Shown in pieces: positions 39,235-50,839 of a stretch of DNA of 64,000 nt. The position numbers and the translations under genes were made by a program. The notes under the pieces are model-generated. The model was not told the DNA's origin. It was given only the letters and a program-made list of their open reading frames with translations, and did no database searches. Each line of letters opens with the position of its first letter. Position 1 is the stretch's first letter. The DNA is from Podarcis bocagei (taxonomy: Eukaryota): the NCBI GenBank assembly GCA_964188305.1, contig OZ076885.1; one strand, written 5' to 3'.

Positions 39235-39442
39235 CTTGCAATTTCCTGCGATGGAAGCGTGGAGATCCCAGGAAGCTGTTCTTGATCGAGTTGAGCCGTG
39301 TTCTCCAGGGCATTCCTCCAATGCTGGGGCTGGATGGTGGCGTAGGGTTGGGTGTGCCTGCTGGGCTCTCCTTTGGCGTATGGACAGGTGTCCCCTTGGG
39401 GGTAGGGAGGGGACTGCCCCTTGGAGAGGGGTGAGGGGTGAC
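39235..39442 (-). CDS. BRSK2: BRSK2 coding exon, 208 nt, [69 protein letters not shown](V)
   Basis: Lies within ORF 39203..39688(-). Acceptor catcatacag|GTC, donor CAAG|gtacat; phase 0 to 1. Confidence 0.96.
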
Positions 39443-39847
39443 CTGTATGATGGGGATAGATTTGGTGCTTGGGTCAGTACTAGAAGGGAGCAATCTAACA
39501 GGAGACATAGGGTTGGTTTGCACAGTAGGAACAGCCAGCTGCGGGCTAAACCCAGGAGCAGGTGGACGGCTCTGAGTGTTCTGTGCAGGAGAATTTGGGG
39601 AAGGAGGGACTGTAGCATTGCTAGAGGGCAGGGGATTGGATTTGGTAGACTGGAGTGGTTTTTCAGCCAATCTGTTCTTGGATGGCAAAGTCTGTGTCTT
39701 TGGATTGGGTTGAAGTGCTGGCTTTGGCTGGAGAACATGTCCGGGCCTGGAAGCATTCCTACAAGCATCGGAGTCCAGGGAGACTTGGGGGCGGGGGGTG
39801 AAAGGGAGGTCAGGAGTCTGAGGGGGGATGAAAAATTTTCTGATAGG
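39443..39847 (-). CDS. BRSK2: Candidate in-frame 5' extension (405 nt, 135 aa, Pro/Ser/Thr-rich) of the VTPHPSP exon via an upstream alternative 3' splice site
   Basis: Acceptor ctttctctgtgtgtatcttgtag|CCT at 39848/39847, phase 0. The frame is open through [15 protein letters not shown]...KSIPIIQ into VTPHPSP. A 230-nt AG-free zone lies upstream. Confidence 0.72.
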
Positions 39848-40068
39848 CTACAAGATACACACAGAGAAAGTACCCATGCATTTCAAGAAAAGCAAAACGC
39901 ACACGCACATACGCACAAAGTGGGTGAATAGAGAAATAAAGCCCATTTGAGTTGCGGTTGTGAGCCACATCACAAGGAGATCAGAGTTATGGAGGTGAGG
40001 GTGAAGGAGGTGGGGGGTTAGGGAATTGCAAAGAAACAAAAAACAAACACAAACAAAAAACAAAAAGA

Positions 40069-40079
40069 CATGCAGTTAG
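40069..40079 (-). promoter_or_regulatory. Candidate distal branch point CTAAC abutting an RBFOX motif TGCATG
   Basis: The minus strand reads CTAACTGCATG at the 5' edge of the 230-nt AG-free zone. A second CTAAC is at 40021-40017 and a second TGCATG at 39880-39875. Confidence 0.55.
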
Positions 40080-41450
40080 CTGGGAACACAGCATAGTCAA
40101 CAACAGCAGCAGTGGCGGTAGTGAAAACAACAGTTTTGTCACAAGCTTCATCATATTAACCAACCATGTGTCAGCAAATAAAAAAACCACAGAGCAAAAA
40201 CTAACATGAAGGAAAAGAAAATAAGAAACTAAAAGGGTGGGCGAGGGAGGGGAAGCAGCAAGAGAGAGCGAGAGAGAGCGAGAGCGAGAGCGAGAGAGAA
40301 AAGGCCGTACCCCTGAGCTGTTCTGACTGTCTCACAGATAGAGAGAGAGAGAAGAACAGGGCTGAAGGGAGGTGGGGAAGAGGAAGGAAGCATCATTCAA
40401 GCCACAGGGAAACCTGACATGTAAGCATGTAAGGCTGAGTGTGCCCTCTCTCCCAGCTCAAAACGTCTACCACAATCAAAAACAGCAAGGAAATGCAGAT
40501 CAAAATAACATGTGTGCAGCAGGTAATGATAGAAGCACACAGATTACTACACACATCGACTCTCCTCAGTCAAAGCACCACAAGTTTCAATAACATGGAG
40601 AGAGTTTGTGAGTGAGGCTGAGGAGGGGGAAAGCCTCTATCATTTCATCACCATTCCTTTCCTGGCCTTCCACCCAGAGGGACCCAGTTTTCTCTGGCAG
40701 GCTTTACTATATGAAATCTTAACAGCTCATGGAACCATGGGCCAGTTTGGGCTTCAAATTTTAAGAGACCGTGGAACTACGGCCACTTTAGGGTTTAAGT
40801 AAAATACCCCAAGGGTCACCAAAGAAGGTTTGCTTTCTAAGTGCCCCTTTTACATCTAAGTCCTCCTGTCATCAGACAGTCTTATAGTTTTAAAAAACAA
40901 AAGAAAGAAACAGTCCTCAGTTTTTATGACACAGTACCAGAATTCCATTCTGTGGCTGATCATTGTGTTTTATGCAGTAACCCCCCCAAAAAAACACACA
41001 ATTCATAATCAGCCATAAATGAAGTCAGAAAAGGGGATTATGTTGTTTTGTAAAACAACAACAAAACTTAACTAGCAAGTGTTAGATTCAAGAACAGTCC
41101 AAGAAAAAATAGAAATTCAATACACTCAGGGAACAAAACGCAAAAAAGAATACTGTTAGAATAAAAGTGTGTTTTTTTAAAAAAAGCAGAACATATTCCT
41201 TTCATAGAGCATGGATTAGGAAAAAAGTAACAATTAAATTGTAGTTACTCTTCATTTGTGAATGAGTTCAAGCCCATTAGAAGAATCACAAATATGTAAC
41301 AATGTATTGCCCTGCAGTTTGGGCAATTAACTTATATAAGAAGTGAAAACTGCATAAAACTGTGATAATGGCATATAACTGTATGTAAGAACAGAAGCTG
41401 AATTGACTAAGAACAGCAGAAGTGTAAATGAACTGGTTCCCTGCCTGCAT

Positions 41451-41451
<1 letters not shown>

Positions 41452-41486
<35 letters not shown>
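41452..41486. repeat. (TG)n microsatellite within a TG-rich low-complexity tract extending to ~41630
   Basis: Read directly. Confidence 0.9.
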
Positions 41487-41489
<3 letters not shown>

Positions 41490-42346
41490 ATGTCTGCGTA
41501 ACTCTTTGTGTAACAGAGGGTGGGGGAACGTGTGCATGCCTGTAGGTGTAGTGAGGATAGATGCTGTTTGTTTTTTGTATGGTGGTGAGTGTGCATGTGT
41601 GGAATGTATGTCTGTGGTGTGTGCATGTAGAAATATGTACTGGCCACACCCATTATTGGCATGCACCCCTTAGAGAAGTACCTGACTTTCAGCACTACCT
41701 TTGAGCCAACATTATTTTAGCCACCTGTGAGTTAAAACATATATTTAGACAAGCTACTGCCTGTTTTTTTTAAAAAAGAACCAATCAAGCTTTGACTTGC
41801 CCAAGGACTAACAAAAAAGGGCCTGTTCAAGCAGACTCTCTAAGACTGCACAATTTCTTACTTCTTCGGAATGATTCTCTTTCTGCCCTTCAAATCCAAG
41901 CGACTTTCAGCTTCCTTACTGGAACACCCTAATCCAACTCTGTATGATTCTTGTTCAGACTAGAGTTCATTGTTTTTCCAGCTTTCTTCAGCTGTGCTAT
42001 TCAGTCCCAAAGTAGCTCTAGCTGTTATGGTTCAGTGCCTCACCATGGGCTTGCAATAAGCAGCAGATGTTTCCTTCATCGTGTGATAAACTCTCTTAAC
42101 AGGGTTATATACGTTGGCATCATGTTAGGCCACAATGATACTTTAGGTAGCAACAATGCCGGAAGCACAGGCAGCCCTGCAGAAGGACCCTATCCCAACA
42201 TTCACAAACAGCAAGCTGTGCTTTATAGCTGCCCCATATCCCTAGCTAACAAAACCACCATTCAAAATGGGGAAAGAGATATTAGATGTCACCGAGCTCA
42301 CATGAGAGAGCAGTTATAAACCATGACCCCAAATAATCCCACTTAC

Positions 42347-42407
42347 CCTTGGACTGCTGAGTGGGCTGGTCGACAGGCCAGAGGAAGCTCCACTGATTGA
42401 GCGAGAC
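42347..42407 (-). CDS. BRSK2: BRSK2 coding exon, 61 nt, (R)SRSISGASSGLSTSPLSSPR
   Basis: Manual translation. Acceptor tgtttactcag|G, donor AGG|gtaagt; phase 2 to 0. Confidence 0.96.
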
Positions 42408-45400
42408 CTGAGTAAACACAACAGGAAGACAAGGCCCTGAGAAACCCCTGTCAAAAGACACACCACCCTGCTGTGCCAGCCACCACCATATTAAACCTCT
42501 GCATTAAGTTGTGGCTCACATTTCTAACAAGAAACTGCATATATAGCTGACATTTGTTTTCAAAGGGCAGATGTACATGAAGATGCCCATCCCTTTGTTC
42601 ATCAGTCTTACATTTTACAATAATATTTTTTTTCTGTGTGCATCTGGAAATACCTCCCTTATAAGATCCCCATCCTATCCCCCATGATCTCACTCTGAAG
42701 GAGCTTTGATCTCCATTGTAAAGATCAGGTAAAAAGAGAAATGTCTGGCAAGGAAAGAAATAGACTGCACTGCTGCAGCCATTTTTACCATGGCAGACCA
42801 ACAAGTATATAAATCACCTATTCTCCTGTTGGTTGAGAACACCATCATTTTGAAATCAGATGGATCTTTCTTAACCTTCCATTTAGGAAATATTTTTTCC
42901 CCACTGACTAGCAAGGTATTTCATATGAAATCATTGGCCCATATGTTTACAGGCACAATACTACTTCCAAAGGCCTCAGCCCCTCGCTATCACCATTCAT
43001 CAAAATGATTATGCATAGATAAGTGGTTCAGAAACAGCATGGAATTCACACGGCCGAATACAGAAGCAAAGGAGCTCCTTGTCAATCCCAGTTATCAATG
43101 CTAACACACATTACCAAAGATATTTTCACCTCTCTGGTTACGTCTAATGTCTGAGAGAAACCTACATTGGCTATAAATAATGCACATTCAAATTTTCCTC
43201 CTCTTTCAATTCCACAGCAGCACCATTGATCCATAGCACAAATCAAAAGCATGTTCAACAGCCCCATATGTGAAAAATGTTAAAGAAATTGCCAGCTTAT
43301 GTTGGCATTTCTTGAAATCTTTGACTTGACCTTCCTCATCTCTGCTGGAACCATGGTCTTTAAAAAGGATGATACAACAATGGAAGCAAACCCAGTCAAC
43401 AAGATAATATGCAATATATCACTTAGTCCTAATCTGTATGTCACTATATTGCAACCTTACGGTGGGGAGACTGCTTTCAGTAAATCAAATTAACGAATGT
43501 ATAGATTTCTCAAAGAGAACATTTTGATTCCGCTCATACAACTAGATCTATGACATGCAAGTTATAAGGTAAGAGATATATAATGGATGTATATAATGTA
43601 CATCTGTATAGCTCATCAACAGGAAAACCTGGCTCGGAAAGAGCTTTTAAGCTCTCCACCCTGTGTGTGCTTAATGTGTATGATTTAAGCTGCTGGCTGG
43701 CAAGCACATAAGACTGAAATTGTGCAAGTTAAATGTGTGCAAGTTGCAAGTTGCCCATACATACATATATAACTAGCATCAGATAGCAGGTCTACCATTT
43801 CTCATAAATCTGGTGACTGAGAAATATGGGCACTGGGTCTACCAAGCTGAGTAGTCCTAGCCTCTACCCCGCTGTTGCATCTCAATGGGCAGATTTGCTA
43901 GCCATCAAAAGGTACACCTGGTGTCCAGATGACATCTTCTCACCCTTGACTGAAACCTTGTTCTTTCCCTGGCCTTTAATTAACTGCTGAAACTCTCCAT
44001 TCTTGCCTTTTGTTGCTGCAATCAATTTCACAGCTCCCTTGCATCTCCCTAAAAAAGATAACATGCCAGGAGACTAGTTAACTGCACTGAACAGTTGTTA
44101 CTTGTCACCCCAACGCCCCCTTTCCCCCTGTTATAACAACACTGAGCTAAGCCATGTCCTCTCTGCCAGTCCCTTCCTCCCACCTGCAATACAGGTTTAA
44201 TATGGATGGACTTTATCTGTACTGGCAGGGTTATTAAAAAACGTGTACAGCCCTGGGTATGCGTGGGTTACATTTTAGGGTATGAAATAAGTCCTTAGTT
44301 AGAAAGATGCTACCTTTTGGCAGGGTAGACACACTACTGTCCAGATAAAAGTGAATCAGGAAGTTGCTCCTACAACCAGTGGGTGTGGCATCCTAGCCTT
44401 CCTTTTGTCTAATTGGCTAGCTCTGCTGTCCTAAATGAACCATGACTTCATTTGTTAATGAACAACCCTATAAAGCAGGAGCTGGCTTGCTTTGTAAACG
44501 GGCAGAATTGGTGCGGACACATTTTGCTTCCTGTCTCAGGTTCTACAACAGCTAGAGAAGGATTTGGTTTTTTAAAAACAAACAAATCCGAAAGGTGATA
44601 ATCTGGGAGATATGGTTCAGCCCTCTGACACCTATGACGGGAGGCAGCAAATGTCAGCCCACTAGCTGTCTTTTCCTCATTGCCATGGCAGCAGGCATGC
44701 CTTCCTGAATTATCATGAGAACAAGGATCACACACAGCTTAGGGGGCACTTTTAGAAGACCGGGGAGTGGCTGGCCAAGGATGATCCTCCCTTGGGTTCC
44801 AGAGGGAGTGCTGTAGATGTCCCCTCTCTTTGAAACCCCTCTTCTCAAGGCTGCTTATTTGTTGGAAGACCCTGAGGCCTGCATGCCTCACTCCACCAAT
44901 GTGGGAGATAGTGGGGATCAGCATGAGAAAGAATGAAACAAAGGCACATAGGGCAGAGAGGGAGAGAGATACATAGTGAGGGGAGAGTTATATGCTATGC
45001 TATTTATCAGCCAGGAAATTGGCTGTGGGCCTTTAGTGAATAAACTACAGTTTTATTAATCTAGTTTTAAAGCTTGCAGCTATAAAGAAAATGTTACACT
45101 TAAATACGTCAAAGCTTGTTTATAAAGAATAACCTCCAAACTGAACCTAGAAGCATCCTTGTAGCTCAATGCCTTAAAGGAAATGAAAATAAGAAGTGGG
45201 GTTTTGTAGGTCTTACACTCCTGTCAGTATCACCGTTGCAGGTTAAGAAAACAGAGCACCCCAGCCACACTATTTAAAATTTCTGAAGGAAGGTTCTTTG
45301 GTGCTGTTCTTCACCCGTCAGCCATCAGCAAAGAAACCAGGGGTCAGCTCCTTCTCATGAAACTGGCCCAGAGCACTGAGAATTCAGACTCAAGCAAAGA

Positions 45401-48400
45401 CAGAGATCGAGCACTGGGTAGCAATATGGATTCTCCTTTTGGGGAAGCTCCATAGACATTATCACCAGCATGAGTAACCCGAGTAGTCACACTGGGAGGA
45501 CAAAAATAAGGAATTGTGACACCTTACTTTGCTGAAAGGGTTTTTTTATCTATGGATCTGAAAGACAATTATTTAACAGGAAACATCCATTTGCATATAA
45601 TCTTCACATAATCTCTGGAGGAATTAAGGTGAGTCTTGTCTCTCATTATTCTGGTCTGGTAAATTTCTAACAATTGGTCATACTTTGAGCAGGTATCTTC
45701 TTTTGAGGGTTGAACATATTTTAGACACTCCTCTCCACCCCTAATGAGTGACACAGTGTGTTGTGAACATTTTAGTACCATGAGTTTGTAAGAGCAGTAT
45801 TGCTGAGAAATGCTAGAAGGTCATCATGGCAATGATGAGGCAATCCTGGCTCCATCTGTAAGCCAAAGAAGGAGCAGCTGCAAGAAGTTTGTCCTTCCCC
45901 CTCCCATGCCCCCCTCCCATGAATGAACAGCCTGCTCCCACTACCAGGAACTCGGGGCTGCAGAATCGAAAAGAGCCACTCTCTGCCCTCTTCCAATAGT
46001 CAAGGCAATCCTTGCCTCCCAGGAAGACCGTACAGGCAGGGAAGAGATCAGCCTGACCCCATACATTGGCCAATGAAAGATCAGCTGCTTTCTTCTTTCC
46101 ATCTCTTTTTTCTTTTATATTATGTCTATATGATTGAAACCTGTGGACAGGGACTACATGATCTTTTATTAAATTTCAGGCCCTAAACAACAGCAATAAC
46201 AATAACAGCAACAACAGCAACTCTGAATGTGTGTCTGTTAGAAATTATACCAGAATATCTGAAACATGTTTGATCCTTATCCTGCTTCACAGTAAAACTA
46301 TTTTAGAAACTGGAAACATTTTTCACACCTGTAAAGGGAAAGGCTGTAGAAAGACCATGAATCACAGAATGTAAACAGACATGTGACACGCAACAGTTCC
46401 ACACGTCTGCTCCTTAAGGTGGAATGGAAATGTCAACACCTCTTCATCAGCCTGCCACATTCCTGTGTCTCACAGTTCCCCTTATGATGAACTATAGGCA
46501 GTTTGGTTTGTTAACTGGGCAACCAAATCTCTTCTGATGTGATTGATTTTTTTTAAAAAATGCTTTAAATGATCTAACTGCCCCGAAGTGATTATTTCTC
46601 AGGATTCAAAACAAACAAACAAAAACCTGTAAGTTCCTCCCCCCCCCAAAAAAAAAATAAAACAAAAAAAGCAAACTGGGCAAATATGACCTTCAGGGTT
46701 TATTTTGCTTAAGAAAGTGGATGGTTGGGATCTTTCTGCTTCTATAATCTGCTGTTCCCCAGGAAAGCAACACAACATGTCAGAAGCATGAGTACTAATT
46801 CAACAGTAATAATAATAAGAAAAGGACGGATATGAGAGAGAAAGAGAGGTGTGTCTGGTGCCTTTCGCCCCCAGACAGGGCTCTTGTGCCTTTGACACAG
46901 CTTAATAAATAGAAATTCAACAGGAAAAGCATTGCCTATTTTGTATCTCCATGCCAGAAAAAAATAACACCTGACAAATTTATGCTGCTACTTTTTGTTG
47001 TTCTTGCATTTGTTAGAGGCAGAAAGGCCATGCCACAGCAGATTGCAGAAATTCTACTCAGGAATGTGAGTAGGTTATACTTGTAGCATGAAGATAGGGT
47101 TTGAGAATTCTACAGAGTCAGGAGGTTCCATTCAGACTGGGGGCCCTTTCATGTACATTTTTAACAGCACCTCTGGGCTCTTTTAAAATTCTGAAAGTTG
47201 CCTGCTCAGTTTCATCACAGGGGATCAGTAGTCATGTTCCAAGTTGTGGAAAAATGTAAAATGCTAGTAGTTTTCAGCAGGAGGAGAGAAGGGTGTCAAC
47301 ATTCATGCCTTCTAGTGTTTGTTTAAGTAGAGGCTGGTGAGAGGGTGACTCAGATAAGAGAATGGGACTCTATATATTTCACTACAGGACCCTCTTTAGG
47401 GATGTTTCACGTTCTAAAATTTTGCATGTGCACACGCATACATACACACATACGATATTCATGCCAGTGGGGCTTTTGTCATTTGGTACAGCACTCCTTT
47501 TCTTCAGAAGGTGCTTAGATATTGGAAGCAGAGTCAGGATGATTAGACAATAGTGGAAGCAATGCATTCACAGAGACATATTGGTTTTGCTGTCGCTTTG
47601 ACTAAATAGGTGACAGAAAATTCACCACCATGGAATCCTGAAGCCAATTGAGCAGACCAAACACCTGCTCTGAAACTGCAGCAGCTCCTTCTGACTATCA
47701 AGTTTCACATTTCACCTGTATCAGCCATCATTTAAGCACATCCCACACCATGAAGACAATAAGGAGCTGCATAAGAACTGGGGCCAGTTTGTTGATTAAA
47801 TAATTTTATATCCCTCCCTTCCTCTCAATACGGTGCACAGGGCAGCTTACAACAACCATGTAGGCCATTCTGAGGTTGCAGTATCTTTTACCCAACCACA
47901 AAGGATGGCGGCACTTGGAAAAAACAACCCTGTGTGTAAGTTCAATATAGCCTAATGGAGATGAGAAGGAACTGTTACTATTGTGGTTGGCCTGATGCGG
48001 ACTTTTCTGCCCAGCTGCTTGTTATGTAAGTGTGAGCACTGGACATAGCAGCAAGAGATGGAGGCAGTTGGCTCCACTCCCTGCTGGCTCCCCTTGAGTC
48101 TCCGTTGATAGAGCACAGAAAGCAGGATGGCCCAGCACTGTGACCATGGCTATAAAGGTCTTGCTTTGCAGTTCAACTGCCAGGGGGCTTTTCTTTATTA
48201 GGCATTATGCACAAAGCCATCCTAAGTCATATAAATATGAATTCATACCACAGGGAGGCTCCCCCATAAAACCTTGTGGCTTGACAACAGGTTTCGGGGG
48301 GACCTGTGGTCCTCCAGATGCTACTGGATTACAAATACCATCTGTCACACACACACCCATACACCCACCCACCCACCCCATCCTACATGGCATACGTTAC

Positions 48401-49063
48401 ATTTTAGGCTATGCCCTCAGTGTAAGGATGAGGTAGTTTTGTTAGTGGGCCAAGCAAGACATTCAAAAATAAAATAAAATGTAAAAGCAGCTGGAGGGGG
48501 GAGGATAACTCTTCCCTCCTGCACTATTTTCCTGGTCTACGTTGCCTCCTCCAAAGATGCTATATGTTCTTTGAGGGGGAAATATAGGTTCCAATATAGT
48601 ATTTGTAAGTGTCCCCCCCCCCCGGACGAATAGCAGCTGGAAGGGTTTTAGCTGGGAAGATGATAGGAAGAAAAAAGTTTAACTGCTCTTCCCCACCACA
48701 GTGACCTTGATTCAGTTCAGCTCCCTTCCCCAAGCTGGTTTTAATATTTACCTTTTCAAAAACAAATGTAAAAGAAAAAAATTATAGGAGATCTGATCAC
48801 AGTTGCCAAGATGTCATATTGAGATTTGCCCTCACTATGTACTAGGCCTCTAAGATGCATGTGAAGTCAGAGCAAGCGCTTTCTCCCCCTCACTAACACA
48901 CACACAAACATTGTTGTATAATTTCCCCCCCCCTGTTCGTTCCCCCCCCCGTAACACAGTTTCATGATAAATAATATTTATACTGTGATCATTAAAAGAA
49001 ACTTCTCCACCCAGAAGAAAACAACAGGTCCCACAACAGGTATAATCCAAAACTGGAGCTTAC

Positions 49064-49087
49064 CCCAATGCGTCAGCACTTGTCATC
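49064..49087 (-). CDS. BRSK2: Candidate BRSK2 24-nt microexon, (R)MTSADAL(G)
   Basis: A ~90-nt AG-free pyrimidine tract ends in ccactgccaag|G; donor GG|gtaagc; phase 2-2 with no stop codon. No transcript evidence available. Confidence 0.6.
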
Positions 49088-50839
49088 CTTGGCAGTGGGG
49101 AATAAATAGAGGAGAAGGAGAGAGGAAGAAAGGGACGTGGAAGCAGGTGGAGAAAAGAGTACGAAAAGCAGAGTGAAATACTGTTCGGAGAACTACATGG
49201 TCATAATTATTGCCACAGGCATCTGCTGCTGATGGAAGCACCAGTGGGGAATTACGCATGGGAAGGGGGAGGTTTTCATTTCCTAAACAAATATTTCCAT
49301 ATAGCTCAAAATCATAGAAGTAGTTTGCATCTGGGATTATGGGGGCAGACACATCAAGTGTAAACGTGAAAAATAAAACATTGCTTGCCCACCCTCATTA
49401 AGCCAGTCTGTGGAGTTAGCAGTCCAGATCTGATTTTCGGTTGTTTTTATTTATGGCAAATAATCAGATTTTGCACAGTGGGCCGTACTGAAAAGGATGT
49501 GGATCTTCCTCCATTTTGCTCAGGTAACATTCTCCTGCCCAGTGATGTCCAGCTAGGAATCTCCTTTTCCACTGTGTATATCTATACTTTATATGTAGTG
49601 TTAAATGCACTGATAATTAAGACCAATATTTCTGAGTGGGTATGAGGCTCGGGTGAACAAAGCTACAAGTGAAGGATGTAACTCACTGGGAGTTTCTACT
49701 GGTCTGCTGAAATGTATAAAAACATATATGTATTGCCTTTCATGGCTGCTATTCATCTGAGTGAGACTCATGTAGAAATCCTGAGTAGGTTGTGTTCAAA
49801 GTTGCAACTCTACTTTAATTCTGGCTGAAAGGACCTTCAACTTTTTCCAAAATAGATAAAAATCTATTTTTATTAAATTTAAATTAAAACCAGGGGTTCT
49901 ATGCCTAAAAACAGTGGGAAATAATTGCACAATATAAAATAAATGCAGCCTTAAGCACAAGCTATTAAAGAGATGTTAACTGTTTCTCTGTCCTACTACA
50001 AATTATAACACTGCTAAGTTACATTTCTACCCTGGTTTTCATTTTAATGTTGCTCAAGTCACATCACACTTGTGATGGGCAAGCAGAAATCTGTAGATGT
50101 ATTGTGGAATAAACTTGCATGATTATTATTCATCCCCCCCCCCATATCCCAATTTTGTCTCCCTCTTCCCAACTTCTGTAGGGATCATTTTAAAAAGCTT
50201 TCATTTAAGTCTTAATCTTAATCTTAAACTTTTAAACCCGGTACTGTGCATCGTTGGTTGGTTATTTGCCCCACCAACCAAGTCATCTAACTTTCTCTAG
50301 GAGGCTGTCATAGAAACAAAAGAGCCTGTTGGTTAAGCCAATCTCAAACAACATGCTAATTTCCTATGGGAAACTTTAAAGGACTTGAGTGCAAAACACT
50401 AGATACACCAAAGAATGGCCTTTCCTCATGTTTCTGAAGTACTGTATATTTCACAAGTTTGCTCAGCATTGAGACTGTGCAACATGGAAGCTGTAAAGAA
50501 ATACTATGTCTTAGGCAACAATTAAGTAATGTCCCTTCCAACTCCACAGTTCTACCTAATTGTATGATAACATGTTGATTGCCACAGGATATTCAAACTA
50601 CTTCCTCTTTCTACTTTAGGAGACTCATCTCCACAGCCGGCCTCTTCTGTTCTGGCAGTGGAAATTTACTGCCCTATCCTAACATGCACTATTGGGCCAT
50701 AAGCCAGAAACAGCAGCTTAGAAGACACAGAGAAGGTGAAATTGCTCTCCCTCAAGCTGATCCCGTCTTCTGCTTCTGAAATAGAGTCTGATAAAGCATC
50801 CAGTGAACTGTCTTGTCTTATTTTATGGGATCAGTCTCA

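Noticed and set aside
39236-39931. 231-aa plus-strand ORF and 205-aa alternate-frame minus ORF (39151..39768)
   Set aside because: These are shadows of the Pro-rich BRSK2 exon and its extension. They have low-complexity composition, no recognisable domain and no independent gene signals.
40311-40322. Possible 12-nt phase-0 microexon (AACAGCTCAGGG, NSSG) with gtacgg donor
   Set aside because: Several competing AGs lie just upstream and the donor is modest; it cannot be told from chance without reads.
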